Part shown: positions 25,766 through 35,864 of the stretch, piece after piece | Position numbering within the stretch: position 1 is the stretch's first letter | Layout of the letters: every line of letters starts with the position of its first letter | Source of the DNA: a virus | Virus record (IMG/VR): IMGVR_UViG_3300010372_000004 | Location: 10,659 to 74,658 of that record | Strand: one strand, 5' to 3' | Length of the DNA: 64,000 nucleotides | The notes under the pieces: model-generated | Databases searched by the model: none | Seen by the model: only the letters and a program-made list of their open reading frames with translations | What the model was told of the DNA's origin: nothing | Position numbers and translations under genes: made by a program

Positions 25766-28441
25766 TCACATCTTTAAAGCATTCTTTACACGAATACCGC
25801 TGTACCACTGGTTAATATCATTTTCTTTAGAAAAACGACGAATACCACGTGACTTAATTACTTCATCCAACATCGAACGAAATTCTTGCATTTCCACATT
25901 TCTACGGCTACCAATACCAAGACGTAAAAATTGACGGAACTGTAAATGTAAATCCATTTCTGTGCATTCAAAAATCTCATGTTTAGCAGCTTCATTTTTT
26001 AAAACCGCCTTGGATTGAATCTCAATACTTGGGTCTTTCTCTAAAAAATACACCGCTGGATTTGTCTGGAACGCCAACGTAGCCATTAACCGCTTATGGG
26101 ACTTGCATAAAGTGTAACCTTTATTTTTTACAAGTCTTGGACCAGCTTCTAAAGCCCAAGCAAAAATGGCTTCACGTTCTTGGGAAATGATTTTTTTCGC
26201 AAGATCAACATCCACATTTTCAATAGGCACTTGCTGGTCAAAATGGAAAAATAACCAACGACGAGTGAAACCTTCAGAGGTGTCCATTGTTTTCGGCAAA
26301 TGGTTTGATGCAGCCCAGTGTGCACATGTTGGTCTCATCATGAATGATTCACGATAAAGTTGGTACACAGAAGTTGGCGACCCATCAATCATTGATTTGA
26401 ACACATCACCTTCAATACGTTTACGTTCAGAAAGTTCTCCGACAATATTAATATTTTTACGATGTAAGCTTACGAGTAAACGGTTTTCACTCATTTTGTC
26501 AAAACTGATAGAAGCCTTGGCATCATCTGGGAAAAGGGAGCCAATAATTTCAAGCAAAACAGATTTACCTGTACGAGCTAAACCGAACAGTAAAAAAGCA
26601 CGTTGGTATTTTGTGGCACGACCCATGAAGCTTACATACAAAGCTTCTTGCAGCGCATTTCTCATATCCTGATAATCAGAATGATGACCCCAGCTTTCAT
26701 ATAAGAATTTATCAAACAAAGGCATTTTTCCTGCCACTTCAGGATTGTAACGATATGGTAAAACATACGTTGCACCATACGCTTTTTGGTGTGTTGTAAA
26801 ACTGAGTGGTGATTTCATTGATTCTAAAAATCTTTCCACAGCATTATTTTGTGCTGATTGAATATCTTCTGCAGACCACATACCCATCTGAGCATTTGGG
26901 TGTGCCAATATCTGATCTTTGATTCGTTGAATCTCAATATCAATAGCTGGGTCATCACGTGACATTTTGGCTGATTGATTTTCAAGAATCATACCATTCG
27001 CCACATTGACATAAGCAGTATCCGATTTATTCAATTCAGATTCACATAAAATCAAAAGCTGTTTATAAACACCATCCACATCTGAATTTCGCTTCATAAT
27101 ATCCAAAGCGGTAAAGTTCATGGCGATATATTGTTTAACCTGTTCAGCTGGATAATGTACCCAATGTGAACCCATAAATTTATATACAGCACCAGAATCC
27201 ACACAGATTGGATGCAGTGTTGAAAGTTGATCTTTCACCGCCATAGCAACTTCTGTGTGAGTATTCAAATTCAGTTCTGTTGCACCTTTACCATCATCAT
27301 CACCACCAATAGCTGTTGTGGTTTTTAAAGCTTCACGTGTTTGCTTAATTTTTGCCTTCAGATCAGCAGCACGAATTTGTAAGCCTGATTTACTGACAAT
27401 TTTATTGATTACGAATGTTTCACGAACCTGATCATGTTTTTTAATCTGAGCCATTTTCAATAACATTTCGTCAACTAAATCAAGAGCTTTTTCTTCTTTA
27501 GTGTTGTCAGCTTCTTCATTGTAATAACTGAGAATTTGATCATACGACCATTCAGCTTCAAGATCATCAAGACCAAAAGCTTTGACCTGTTCTTTGGATA
27601 AGTCTTCATCCCAACCATTTGGCAGAGCAACCTTACGCTTATGCAAAGTTTGACGAATGAATTTCACCAAGTTACGGACATGCTTATCCATATCCATCGG
27701 GTCGCCTTCGACCTGTTCAGTGAATCCGTCATTAATTGCATAAAGCATCTCTACAGCTTGTTTCATAGAAATACGACCTTCCACAACTTCGTGTGCAAGG
27801 AGACCATTTTTCTGTGTGATTGAACTATCACGAAACCCAGCTGGTACATATTCAACAAGCGAACCCATACCCTTACGACTAAGGTTGATTCCTTCCAGTT
27901 CAATAAGGTTACGCAGCTTATCTTCAAGATCATCTGGAATCATCACCAACTGATCAAGAACATCATAAAGATTTGAATTTGACGTATAAGGTTTTTTAGT
28001 TTCTGGATGAATTGAAGGAGGTAATACCACCTGTTGACCAGTACATAAATATTCCACCAAAGTACCGTACTCAGGTGAAATTAATTTAAATGCTTTAGGA
28101 ACTTTTGGGTTGAATTTAAATGCCAACACCATCCCTTTTTTACCCACACGTTTCCATGTGTCGTAACCTTTAGGAAGTATTGAAAGTATTTTTTCAATTA
28201 AACGCTCGTCGGCATAGTCAATATCAAGAACACCGATTTGAGATTGTTTACCTAAAACCAAACCAATATTGTGGTTCGCTGGAAGTTGCAACCACTGTTG
28301 TTGAATTTCAGTCGGAACAGCATGGTCGGCAAAGTCTGACCAAGCATTCATTAAAGGGATTTTTGACTGCTCTTTCAAAGGAATAACAGACATACCTTTT
28401 GCATAATAGTGAGGTGCATGTTCACGAAAAATATTAGTCAT
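25766..28441 (-). CDS. Prim-Pol primase fused to a D5/P4-family SF3 helicase
   Basis: N-terminal 'VIPL...KIP', 'NIGLVLG', 'LDID', 'VVLPPSIHPET'; C-terminal Walker A GLARTGKS, 'ASNHLP', 'GFTRRW'. Confidence 0.92.
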   Translation of the reverse strand: MTNIFREHAPHYYAKGMSVIPLKEQSKIPLMNAWSDFADHAVPTEIQQQWLQLPANHNIGLVLGKQSQIGVLDIDYADERLIEKILSILPKGYDTWKRVGKKGMVLAFKFNPKVPKAFKLISPEYGTLVEYLCTGQQVVLPPSIHPETKKPYTSNSNLYDVLDQLVMIPDDLEDKLRNLIELEGINLSRKGMGSLVEYVPAGFRDSSITQKNGLLAHEVVEGRISMKQAVEMLYAINDGFTEQVEGDPMDMDKHVRNLVKFIRQTLHKRKVALPNGWDEDLSKEQVKAFGLDDLEAEWSYDQILSYYNEEADNTKEEKALDLVDEMLLKMAQIKKHDQVRETFVINKIVSKSGLQIRAADLKAKIKQTREALKTTTAIGGDDDGKGATELNLNTHTEVAMAVKDQLSTLHPICVDSGAVYKFMGSHWVHYPAEQVKQYIAMNFTALDIMKRNSDVDGVYKQLLILCESELNKSDTAYVNVANGMILENQSAKMSRDDPAIDIEIQRIKDQILAHPNAQMGMWSAEDIQSAQNNAVERFLESMKSPLSFTTHQKAYGATYVLPYRYNPEVAGKMPLFDKFLYESWGHHSDYQDMRNALQEALYVSFMGRATKYQRAFLLFGLARTGKSVLLEIIGSLFPDDAKASISFDKMSENRLLVSLHRKNINIVGELSERKRIEGDVFKSMIDGSPTSVYQLYRESFMMRPTCAHWAASNHLPKTMDTSEGFTRRWLFFHFDQQVPIENVDVDLAKKIISQEREAIFAWALEAGPRLVKNKGYTLCKSHKRLMATLAFQTNPAVYFLEKDPSIEIQSKAVLKNEAAKHEIFECTEMDLHLQFRQFLRLGIGSRRNVEMQEFRSMLDEVIKSRGIRRFSKENDINQWYSGIRVKNALKM

Positions 28442-28446
28442 CAGGG

Positions 28447-29028
28447 TTAGTCCAAATCATTTAATAGGTTAAGGTATCGGTCTGCAATTCTTTCAAGATC
28501 AGGATATTTCTTAATTTCTTGGAAAAAGCGACGAGTGACTGATTCAATTTTTTGAGCTTTGGCAATATTTGTAAGCTGCAGAAGTATTTCCATTTCCTGT
28601 TGTTGGAAGTCTAAGAATTTAGACATTGCTGACATTTTTACGGAATCTGTACTACCATTCGTTGCCATACGCTCCATACTACGAACGATTTTTTCTAAGC
28701 GTACTAGGATTCCATAATTATCACGATACTCTGAACTACGTTTTTCAATATCAGCATTTAAATCAGCAAATTGTTTTTCAATTTCTGCATTTTCTTTACT
28801 GTTATCAACAGAGGTATTGTCAGGACTTGCTGCAGCTTCAAATTTTCCTGAAATAACACCATTGCGGAATTTATCAGTTACCTCATTAATTTTTGAAATC
28901 ATTAAAGAGCTATAGGGTGCTTCCTTTAAATAATTGTTATCACTTAAACAACCTAAAATTAAGGTGGCTGCAGCATCTAAAGCTTCTTGTGTGATTTTTG
29001 GATGTTTATCTGACATAATCTTTCCCAT
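28447..29028 (-). CDS. Possible terminase small subunit (divergent from TerL)
   Basis: Helical/coiled-coil protein next to TerL; no other TerS candidate in the window; positional inference only. Confidence 0.35.
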   Translation of the reverse strand: MGKIMSDKHPKITQEALDAAATLILGCLSDNNYLKEAPYSSLMISKINEVTDKFRNGVISGKFEAAASPDNTSVDNSKENAEIEKQFADLNADIEKRSSEYRDNYGILVRLEKIVRSMERMATNGSTDSVKMSAMSKFLDFQQQEMEILLQLTNIAKAQKIESVTRRFFQEIKKYPDLERIADRYLNLLNDLD

Positions 29029-29036
29029 AATGTTTT

Positions 29037-29096
29037 GACCTCAACAGCGAGTAGTAACTAATATTCGCTGTAGAGGTCTGAATAGGGTTTATTATA
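29037..29096 (-). promoter_or_regulatory. -10 box plus RBS-occluding leader hairpin
   Basis: TATAAT at 29096-29091; stem GACCTC-T-ACAGCGA/TCGCTGT-T-GAGGTC with the GAGG SD in the 3' arm. Confidence 0.5.
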
Positions 29097-29304
29097 GGTA
29101 AAAGATTTAGTCGAACAACAGGGTAAAATGAATTAGAAACGGTTATAACGATTAACAGTAAAAATCATAAGAAAAAATAGAAAAATAAATTAAATAAAAA
29201 CAAAGGCTTACTAATAGTTATTTAAAAAACCGATTAAAAAATTGTGTAACTCTCTACGAAATGAATTTTCAACTTATTTTAAAAACCCAAATTTGTCATA
29301 AAAC

Positions 29305-31098
29305 ATGTGTTTTATGTATAATCAATCCAGTCTCAATTGGAACATCAACATGGAAAAAGGTAGCTTCAAAGAACGAATGGCATCCTATGTAAAGGAGTTG
29401 GTAAACCCAATGTCCTATTACGATTGGGTGAACCAAAACACAACTATTCAGGGTATGCCTTTTACGTGTGATCGTTATCCATTTCAGAAACAAATTTTGA
29501 ATGATATGTCACAGGAATTACACTGCATCAAACCATCACAAATTGGTTTGACAGAGATTCAATTGCGTAAAGCTTTAGCCTATGTCGCACGAAATCCCCA
29601 TCGAAATTTGATTTATACAATGCCCGATGAAAACATGCGTAAACGTGTTTATCAAAACCGTATGCTTCCAATTTTGACTCAGGACACGGTCTTTCACAGT
29701 CTAAATTCTGCAGGGAAAAAACCAATTCGTTCAATTGAGATTACTGAAATCAATAATTCTCAAATGTTGATGTTTCCAGCAAATGAGAAATCAGCAACAT
29801 CTCAGCCAGCAGATGTTGTTTTTAACGATGAGGTGGATTTATCCGACCCTCAAATTATTGCCTTGTTCAACTCACGTTTACAGGGTTCCGATGTAAAAAT
29901 TAATCATAACTATTCGACACCAACATACGCTGGTATCGGTATTGATGCTTTATATCAAACATCGGACCAACATGAGTATATGTTCCAGTGTCCACACTGT
30001 AACTTTTATCAGTTGCCAGAATTTACGACTAAGTTTATTCGTATTCCAAATTTACCAATGGAAGCCAACGATGATTTAAGTAAATTTGAACCTCAGTGGA
30101 TTGATAAATATAAAATTAACCCTTTGGATGCTTATTCAGTTTGTTATAAGTGTGGAAAGAAAGTAACTTATGGTGACGATGAGAATCATCAATGGGTTTC
30201 TAAATACCCACATCGTACTACAAGCCGTGGTTATAAAATCAGCCCTTTCTCTACTCGAAACTTAGATGCAGCATACGTCTTAACCACGCTTTTGAAATAT
30301 ATCCGTGGTGACAATATGAAAGGTTTCTATAACACAGTATTGGGTTTAACTCATGAAAACTCAGATGAGCGTTTACCTGAAGGTTTGTTGAGAAATTTAT
30401 TCACACCAAATTTTGACCCTATTTACGATGGTTATGGAACTGTACCCCACTTCATCGGCATCGACATGGGTAAAGTTTGTCACGTGTCGATTGGTATGGC
30501 TGATTCTTTGACAAAAATTAAAACTGTGCTTTTAGAAACAGTGAAAGCAGAAGAATTGCCAGCGAGAATTACTTCTTACATGAAACAATTCCCTATCAAG
30601 GGAGGTTTTATTGACAGATTACCGCTAATTACTGACTCAGATAAAGTACGTGTAATGACAGATAATGTGATTATGCCTATTCAATATGAGCAAAACAGCG
30701 GTGGTGCAATGCTTGTTCCAAAAAATGACGAGTATGGTACTTTGAGTTATGTCGGAGCACACCGAACCATGCACTTGGATACCTTAGTTTCAGCAATAAA
30801 AAATGGTTGGATTGAATTTTCAGGGTATGGTAGTCAAAAAGAAACAATCATTAGTCATTTACGAGCAATGGTTCGTATGTTAGCTGAATCTAAAGAAGGT
30901 ACAGAGAAGGTTCCTGTCTGGATTAAGAAAGATAAAAATGACCACTATTTCCATTCATTAGGTTATTTGAATCAAGCGGTACATCAATACTATAATGGCT
31001 ATAGCTTTTTACCCGATCAAAGTTATAATTCAACCATATATTTGGGTGGTATGGATAATTTTATAACACCATCACAATCACTATTCGGACGAAATTGA
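29305..31098 (+). CDS. terL: Terminase large subunit, lambda GpA-like (start possibly 29350)
   Basis: 'YPFQ', Walker A variant KPSQIGLTE, Walker B DEVD, coupling motif STPT, CPHC/CYKC zinc motifs, nuclease GIDMG and DHYFH. Confidence 0.92.
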   Translation: MCFMYNQSSLNWNINMEKGSFKERMASYVKELVNPMSYYDWVNQNTTIQGMPFTCDRYPFQKQILNDMSQELHCIKPSQIGLTEIQLRKALAYVARNPHRNLIYTMPDENMRKRVYQNRMLPILTQDTVFHSLNSAGKKPIRSIEITEINNSQMLMFPANEKSATSQPADVVFNDEVDLSDPQIIALFNSRLQGSDVKINHNYSTPTYAGIGIDALYQTSDQHEYMFQCPHCNFYQLPEFTTKFIRIPNLPMEANDDLSKFEPQWIDKYKINPLDAYSVCYKCGKKVTYGDDENHQWVSKYPHRTTSRGYKISPFSTRNLDAAYVLTTLLKYIRGDNMKGFYNTVLGLTHENSDERLPEGLLRNLFTPNFDPIYDGYGTVPHFIGIDMGKVCHVSIGMADSLTKIKTVLLETVKAEELPARITSYMKQFPIKGGFIDRLPLITDSDKVRVMTDNVIMPIQYEQNSGGAMLVPKNDEYGTLSYVGAHRTMHLDTLVSAIKNGWIEFSGYGSQKETIISHLRAMVRMLAESKEGTEKVPVWIKKDKNDHYFHSLGYLNQAVHQYYNGYSFLPDQSYNSTIYLGGMDNFITPSQSLFGRN

Positions 31099-31099
31099 T

Positions 31100-32584
31100 A
31101 TGGCTGGATTAGATATTTGGGGTAAAGTGAGTCAAATCATTTTGCCAAGTAATGCAAAAACAGGAGGTAATGCCTTATCTCCTACATACAATCCACAGCA
31201 ATCAGATCAGGCAATTGGTGCACCAGAAACAAATATGCACCTCAGAAATTTACTTGATGAACGAGTAAATACAGAAGATGATGATCTGATTACAACACTA
31301 ATGCAATATGACCCAGATGTGGGTGCTGCTGTTGGGGCTTACTTGACTTTAAGTAACACACCCATGCGTTATATTGCTAAAACACCAGAAGGTGAAATTG
31401 ATTCAGAGTCTATTACAAAAATTAGTCAATTATTGATTCAATTATCATATCCAGTTGATTATGAAGCTGGGTTCACACAGGACCGTACTCTTAAAACAAG
31501 AAACCAAGCTTTACGCTATATGCTGCTAAAGCGGGGTTCTATTTCTGTAGAAATGGTTTTAGACGATGCTTTTGGTGTTTTGGATGTTCGAAATATTGAT
31601 ACCAAGTCATTAAAATGGTATGAAAAAGAGAATGGTTTTCTTAAACCAGTCCAAGGCTCCAATAATGAAGAAATTGATTTAGATATACCTACATTTTATT
31701 ATGCTTCACATCGTCAAGACCCAAATTCACCATATTCAAAAAGTGTATTTATTTCAGTAATTAATACAGTTTATGCTCGACTACAGGTGATTAATGATTT
31801 GTATAACATTTTACAAATCACAGGCTTTCCACGTATGGATATTAAGGTTTTGGAAGAATCCATTACTCGACACATGCCTGAAGATCAAAAGCGAGATGCA
31901 AAAAAGCGTGGTGAATATGTTTCGAGTCAAATTGCATCAATCACACGTAGCTTTTCATCCATCCGAGCTGATCAACCAGTGGTACACACTGATTCTGTTG
32001 AAGTTGACACCCTAAACATGCCTAACGGCTCAGTGGGTATTGATATTCGACCAGTGATTGAGGTTTTAAATGCTCAAAACCAAGCAGCATTAAAATCTGT
32101 AGCAACGGTACTGGGTCGTGGAGAATCTGGTGTAAATACAGCATCGGTTGAAGCTCAAATTTTTAGTATGCAAGCTGCAGAAATTAATGAACCTTTAGCT
32201 TCAATTTGGTCAAATTTATTGACTTTTGCTTTACGTTTATCTGGGTCAACTTCTTATGTCGAAGTTTATTTTGATGCACCAGAAATGCGACCACCAAATG
32301 AACTAGAACCAGCTATGGTCCAAAAACAGGCTCGTTTGCGAAAAGATTTATCAGATGGTTTAATCACAGATGACGAATACCACTGGCAAATGTATAATCG
32401 ACCTAAACCAACGTCTGCACCAGAATTGTCAGGGACAGGATTTGATAATGCGAAGACCGAATCGACTACAAGTTCTACAGCGAGTGCTACGACTAACACA
32501 CCGCAGAAGGACCAGCCAAATTCAAGACAAAGAGCACAGACAAAATCAAGTGACAAGTCTGCCAATAGTAATGCAGTAAAATAG
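31100..32584 (+). CDS. Portal protein
   Basis: Follows TerL, 494 aa, 'DPDVGAAV', disordered C-terminal tail. Confidence 0.85.
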   Translation: MAGLDIWGKVSQIILPSNAKTGGNALSPTYNPQQSDQAIGAPETNMHLRNLLDERVNTEDDDLITTLMQYDPDVGAAVGAYLTLSNTPMRYIAKTPEGEIDSESITKISQLLIQLSYPVDYEAGFTQDRTLKTRNQALRYMLLKRGSISVEMVLDDAFGVLDVRNIDTKSLKWYEKENGFLKPVQGSNNEEIDLDIPTFYYASHRQDPNSPYSKSVFISVINTVYARLQVINDLYNILQITGFPRMDIKVLEESITRHMPEDQKRDAKKRGEYVSSQIASITRSFSSIRADQPVVHTDSVEVDTLNMPNGSVGIDIRPVIEVLNAQNQAALKSVATVLGRGESGVNTASVEAQIFSMQAAEINEPLASIWSNLLTFALRLSGSTSYVEVYFDAPEMRPPNELEPAMVQKQARLRKDLSDGLITDDEYHWQMYNRPKPTSAPELSGTGFDNAKTESTTSSTASATTNTPQKDQPNSRQRAQTKSSDKSANSNAVK

Positions 32585-32593
32585 GAATAAATT

Positions 32594-33736
32594 ATGTTTC
32601 GTATTGACCCAGAAAAACATCCACGTGTCAAAAAGAAACTACAAGCTTTGTTGGGGTCGAAGTTCGACCTCAGCACTCTTGCTGTTTTTGAAGGTTTAGC
32701 CAATGACACATTACCAATCTCAGGTGCTGGGGGCATTTATAAAAATGCTCGAATGACCAACGCTTATTTAGAAGATATGTCTTCTAAAGTAGCCAATGGT
32801 GATTATGTACCAATGATCAAATTACATGACCAGCATGGTAGTTTACCAGTAGGTCGAATTTTTGATGCTGCCACTTTCTCATCAACCGCTGGTGAAAATG
32901 AAACAGATTTACATATTTTGTTTTACCTTGATCAAAAAAGCGAAGCTGATTTAGTCGCAAAATTGGAAAATGGTTCTATTGCTGAAATTTCCACTGGTTC
33001 AACTCCTTCAAGTCTTCAATGTTCAGCTTGTGGTTATGACTTTTTAGCAAGTGTGGATAATCGTCGTCGTTTATGGGCTGGAAAAGACTACACACCTTTA
33101 TGTTCAGAAGGGCATCAATGGGGTGTTGGAGGTAATCACTTAAAGTTATCTGGACTAAGTTCTTGGAAAGAAACAAGTGCTGTTACACGTGGTGCTGTAA
33201 CACGTGCACATATCTTAAATGAAAAAGAATTACGTTTAGCACCTCAAAGTGAAGAAATTAATTTGGCAGCTCACGCAGATGATGATAAACTTCTGCTAGT
33301 TACATTACAGGATGGTGTGGATACACCTGAATTTAATGGTTCTACACATTCTGATCAGAATAATGGGAATAAAAATATGACTGATATTTCAGTACCACGT
33401 GAAGACTATAACAAATTAGTCTTGGCGCAAGGTAAAGCAGATGATTTAACTGCACAATTAAATGCTGCAACAACTGCTAAAACAGACGCTGAAACAGCAA
33501 AATTGGCTGCAGAAGCTGCTCAAAAAACTGCAGAAGAAGCAAAAGCTGCTGTTGATGCAGAGCTTGCAACTGAAAAAGCAAAAGTTACTCAACTTGAAGC
33601 GCAAATTGCTGTTCTTAAAAACGGCGGTGGCGACAACGGTAAAGGCTTAGAAGGTTCAGGTGGCGAAGGTGGCGAAGGCTCTAACGCACAGTTCCAAATG
33701 GGCTTGGATACAAGCTACTATAAAGTTAGCAAATAA
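32594..33736 (+). CDS. Prohead protease / scaffold fusion
   Basis: 'HD....PVGRIFDA', 'EISTG', CSACG, 'ETSAV..GA'; C-terminal Ala/Glu/Lys coiled coil. Confidence 0.8.
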   Translation: MFRIDPEKHPRVKKKLQALLGSKFDLSTLAVFEGLANDTLPISGAGGIYKNARMTNAYLEDMSSKVANGDYVPMIKLHDQHGSLPVGRIFDAATFSSTAGENETDLHILFYLDQKSEADLVAKLENGSIAEISTGSTPSSLQCSACGYDFLASVDNRRRLWAGKDYTPLCSEGHQWGVGGNHLKLSGLSSWKETSAVTRGAVTRAHILNEKELRLAPQSEEINLAAHADDDKLLLVTLQDGVDTPEFNGSTHSDQNNGNKNMTDISVPREDYNKLVLAQGKADDLTAQLNAATTAKTDAETAKLAAEAAQKTAEEAKAAVDAELATEKAKVTQLEAQIAVLKNGGGDNGKGLEGSGGEGGEGSNAQFQMGLDTSYYKVSK

Positions 33737-33750
33737 GCGAGGTTTACGGA

Positions 33751-34149
33751 ATGGCTAAATTTAACGTAACAACTACTGGCTTACCGATTCGTGAATCTCG
33801 TTTCACTTTCGTTGGTCAAGGTATTACTGAACAAGATGTGGGTAAAGCAGTAACTTTAGTTTTAGCTGGTGATGCCAATCTTGTGAAACTTGTTGAAGGT
33901 ACTGAACCAGTTTTGGGTCGAATCGAAACAGTTGAAATTGAAATGAATGGCGACATTTCAGTGAACGTCCTTTTATTAGGTGGTTTCCGCTTGAATTGTG
34001 CCCCAAATGAAGTGTTCAAAGTAGGTGACACAATCATCGCTGGTGCAACCGCTGGTTTAGTAAAAGCTGGTCCAGCTTCTACCGATCTTCGTTTCTTCGT
34101 GTCCGAGCCTGATTCTTCTGAAGGTTTCGTTGGCGTAATCAAACTTTAA
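33751..34149 (+). CDS. Head decoration / cement protein
   Basis: 'DVGKAVTL', small beta-rich protein directly before the capsid gene. Confidence 0.7.
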   Translation: MAKFNVTTTGLPIRESRFTFVGQGITEQDVGKAVTLVLAGDANLVKLVEGTEPVLGRIETVEIEMNGDISVNVLLLGGFRLNCAPNEVFKVGDTIIAGATAGLVKAGPASTDLRFFVSEPDSSEGFVGVIKL

Positions 34150-34164
34150 TAGGGGTAGTAGTAA

Positions 34165-35364
34165 ATGACAGCTGCTAATTTAAAATTCTTCGAAGGTGGT
34201 AAAAAACTTAAAGCCACTGAAGTAATTGCAAAGTTGCAACACAGCGAACGCTCAGTTGCTCAAGAAAACGCTTTAGCATTATTGCATGATGCAACTAAAG
34301 TAGGTTTTGGTCTTGAAGCAACATTGCACCAAATGGTTGAACCAGTACATGGTTTAAATGGTAATGAAGCAATTTTCCATGCTTTGGGTGTACCTTTAAA
34401 TCTTAAAGATGATGCAGCTATTGCAGCTTTTGCAGCATCTTCAACTTCATTCTTCACGAATGATGGTTTAAAAATCCTTTTACCATCGTTGGTAAACAAC
34501 CTGATTCGTGCACAAAAAAATGCGCCAGTTATTGAACGTGTTGAAGATTTAATCCTTCAAACTCGTATGGTAAAAGGCAACATTTTACAGAAAGAAATTG
34601 AATACGATAAAGCGTCTCAAGATTCATACGGAACTTTCCGTGTTGCTGAAGGTGCAAACATCCCTGTTCGTACACTAAAAACATCACAAACTGGTGTTAA
34701 GTTCTACAAAACAGGTCATGGTATTGAAATTTCTTACGAAGTTGCATCCGACATGACTCCTGACATTCTTATTCCATTTGCAAACCGTATCGCATTTGAA
34801 CGTAGTCAGACTGAACACAGCCTTGCATTAACAACATTAGTTGATGGGGAATCTACAACCCCTAACTCACCTAATGGTCCAGCAGTTGTTGATAACTTAA
34901 ACACTATCGACGGCAAAACTGGAACAATTCGTGCACGTGCTGAAGGTTTCATGATGTGGCTTATTGCTTGTGCACGTGCTGGTCGCCCTATTGATACCAT
35001 CGTTGTAGGTTGGGACACAATCCTTGACTTACAATATATGTTCCCAGTAGTTGACCCATCTGGTAATCCAGCAGTAGGTCTTGGTGGTATCGCAAACGGT
35101 GCTGACCAAATGGCGCAAATGACAGTACGTTTGGTGAACGGTATCAACCTTAACCTTAACGTGGTTATTTCATCAGGTATGCAAGAGAAACAAATCCTTG
35201 GCTTCCGTAAAAACGAAACCCTTGAGCGTTTGATCAAAGCAAATTCTCAAATCGACGAAATGGAACGTGTTATCAAGAGTCAAACGATTCTTTATACTCA
35301 ATCAATCATTTCTGGTTTCACCTTGGCTTATGGTGATTCTCGTCGCTTATTGACTTGGTCTTAA
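34165..35364 (+). CDS. Major capsid protein (HK97 fold)
   Basis: 'RVAEGANIP', 'K.GHGIEISYE'; strongly biased codons; followed by a terminator. Confidence 0.88.
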   Translation: MTAANLKFFEGGKKLKATEVIAKLQHSERSVAQENALALLHDATKVGFGLEATLHQMVEPVHGLNGNEAIFHALGVPLNLKDDAAIAAFAASSTSFFTNDGLKILLPSLVNNLIRAQKNAPVIERVEDLILQTRMVKGNILQKEIEYDKASQDSYGTFRVAEGANIPVRTLKTSQTGVKFYKTGHGIEISYEVASDMTPDILIPFANRIAFERSQTEHSLALTTLVDGESTTPNSPNGPAVVDNLNTIDGKTGTIRARAEGFMMWLIACARAGRPIDTIVVGWDTILDLQYMFPVVDPSGNPAVGLGGIANGADQMAQMTVRLVNGINLNLNVVISSGMQEKQILGFRKNETLERLIKANSQIDEMERVIKSQTILYTQSIISGFTLAYGDSRRLLTWS

Positions 35365-35381
35365 TCGACTAATTTATAAGT

Positions 35382-35423
35382 AAATAAAAAACCCCTTTAA
35401 AGGGGTTTTTTATTTGCTATAAT
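35382..35423 (+). terminator. Terminator (perfect 34-bp palindrome) with an abutting extended -10 promoter
   Basis: AAATAAAAAACCCCTTT|AAAGGGGTTTTTTATTT, then TG-C-TATAAT (35415-35423). Confidence 0.8.
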
Positions 35424-35441
35424 CTTTTCATCTAATATAGA

Positions 35442-35861
35442 TTGACCCCTACTGAGATTTTAAAAATGGCTAAAATTTTTATCACCCCTGTACTTGGAAC
35501 TGCACGAACTATACGTGGTCGTGTTTGCGTTGGCGGTACACAATATGTTGTAGCAAACGAACTGAGTGTTGAAGTTCGCAACCTTTTGGCTCTTAATCTA
35601 ATTACTAAATTAGATGGTGTTACTTTAAATGATGACGTACCTGATTCTGAATATTATGAATTGCTACGTGAACTTGAACGTGACAAACCACGTGATGTTG
35701 AAAAAGAAACAACCGAAGATTATTTTGCAAATTTGGTTCGTTTCGCTGCAGAATCTTTAAACTCTAAAAAAGTTGAAGATGAAGAAAAACCAGTGGTTGA
35801 GAAAAAACAACCTAAGCCAAAAACTGAAAAAGAAACAACTGAAACTGCTGCAAAGGAATAA
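35442..35861 (+). CDS. Hypothetical virion-associated protein (start probably MAKIF, 35466)
   Basis: Position after the capsid gene; charged tail. Confidence 0.6.
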   Translation: MTPTEILKMAKIFITPVLGTARTIRGRVCVGGTQYVVANELSVEVRNLLALNLITKLDGVTLNDDVPDSEYYELLRELERDKPRDVEKETTEDYFANLVRFAAESLNSKKVEDEEKPVVEKKQPKPKTEKETTETAAKE

Positions 35862-35864
35862 ACC

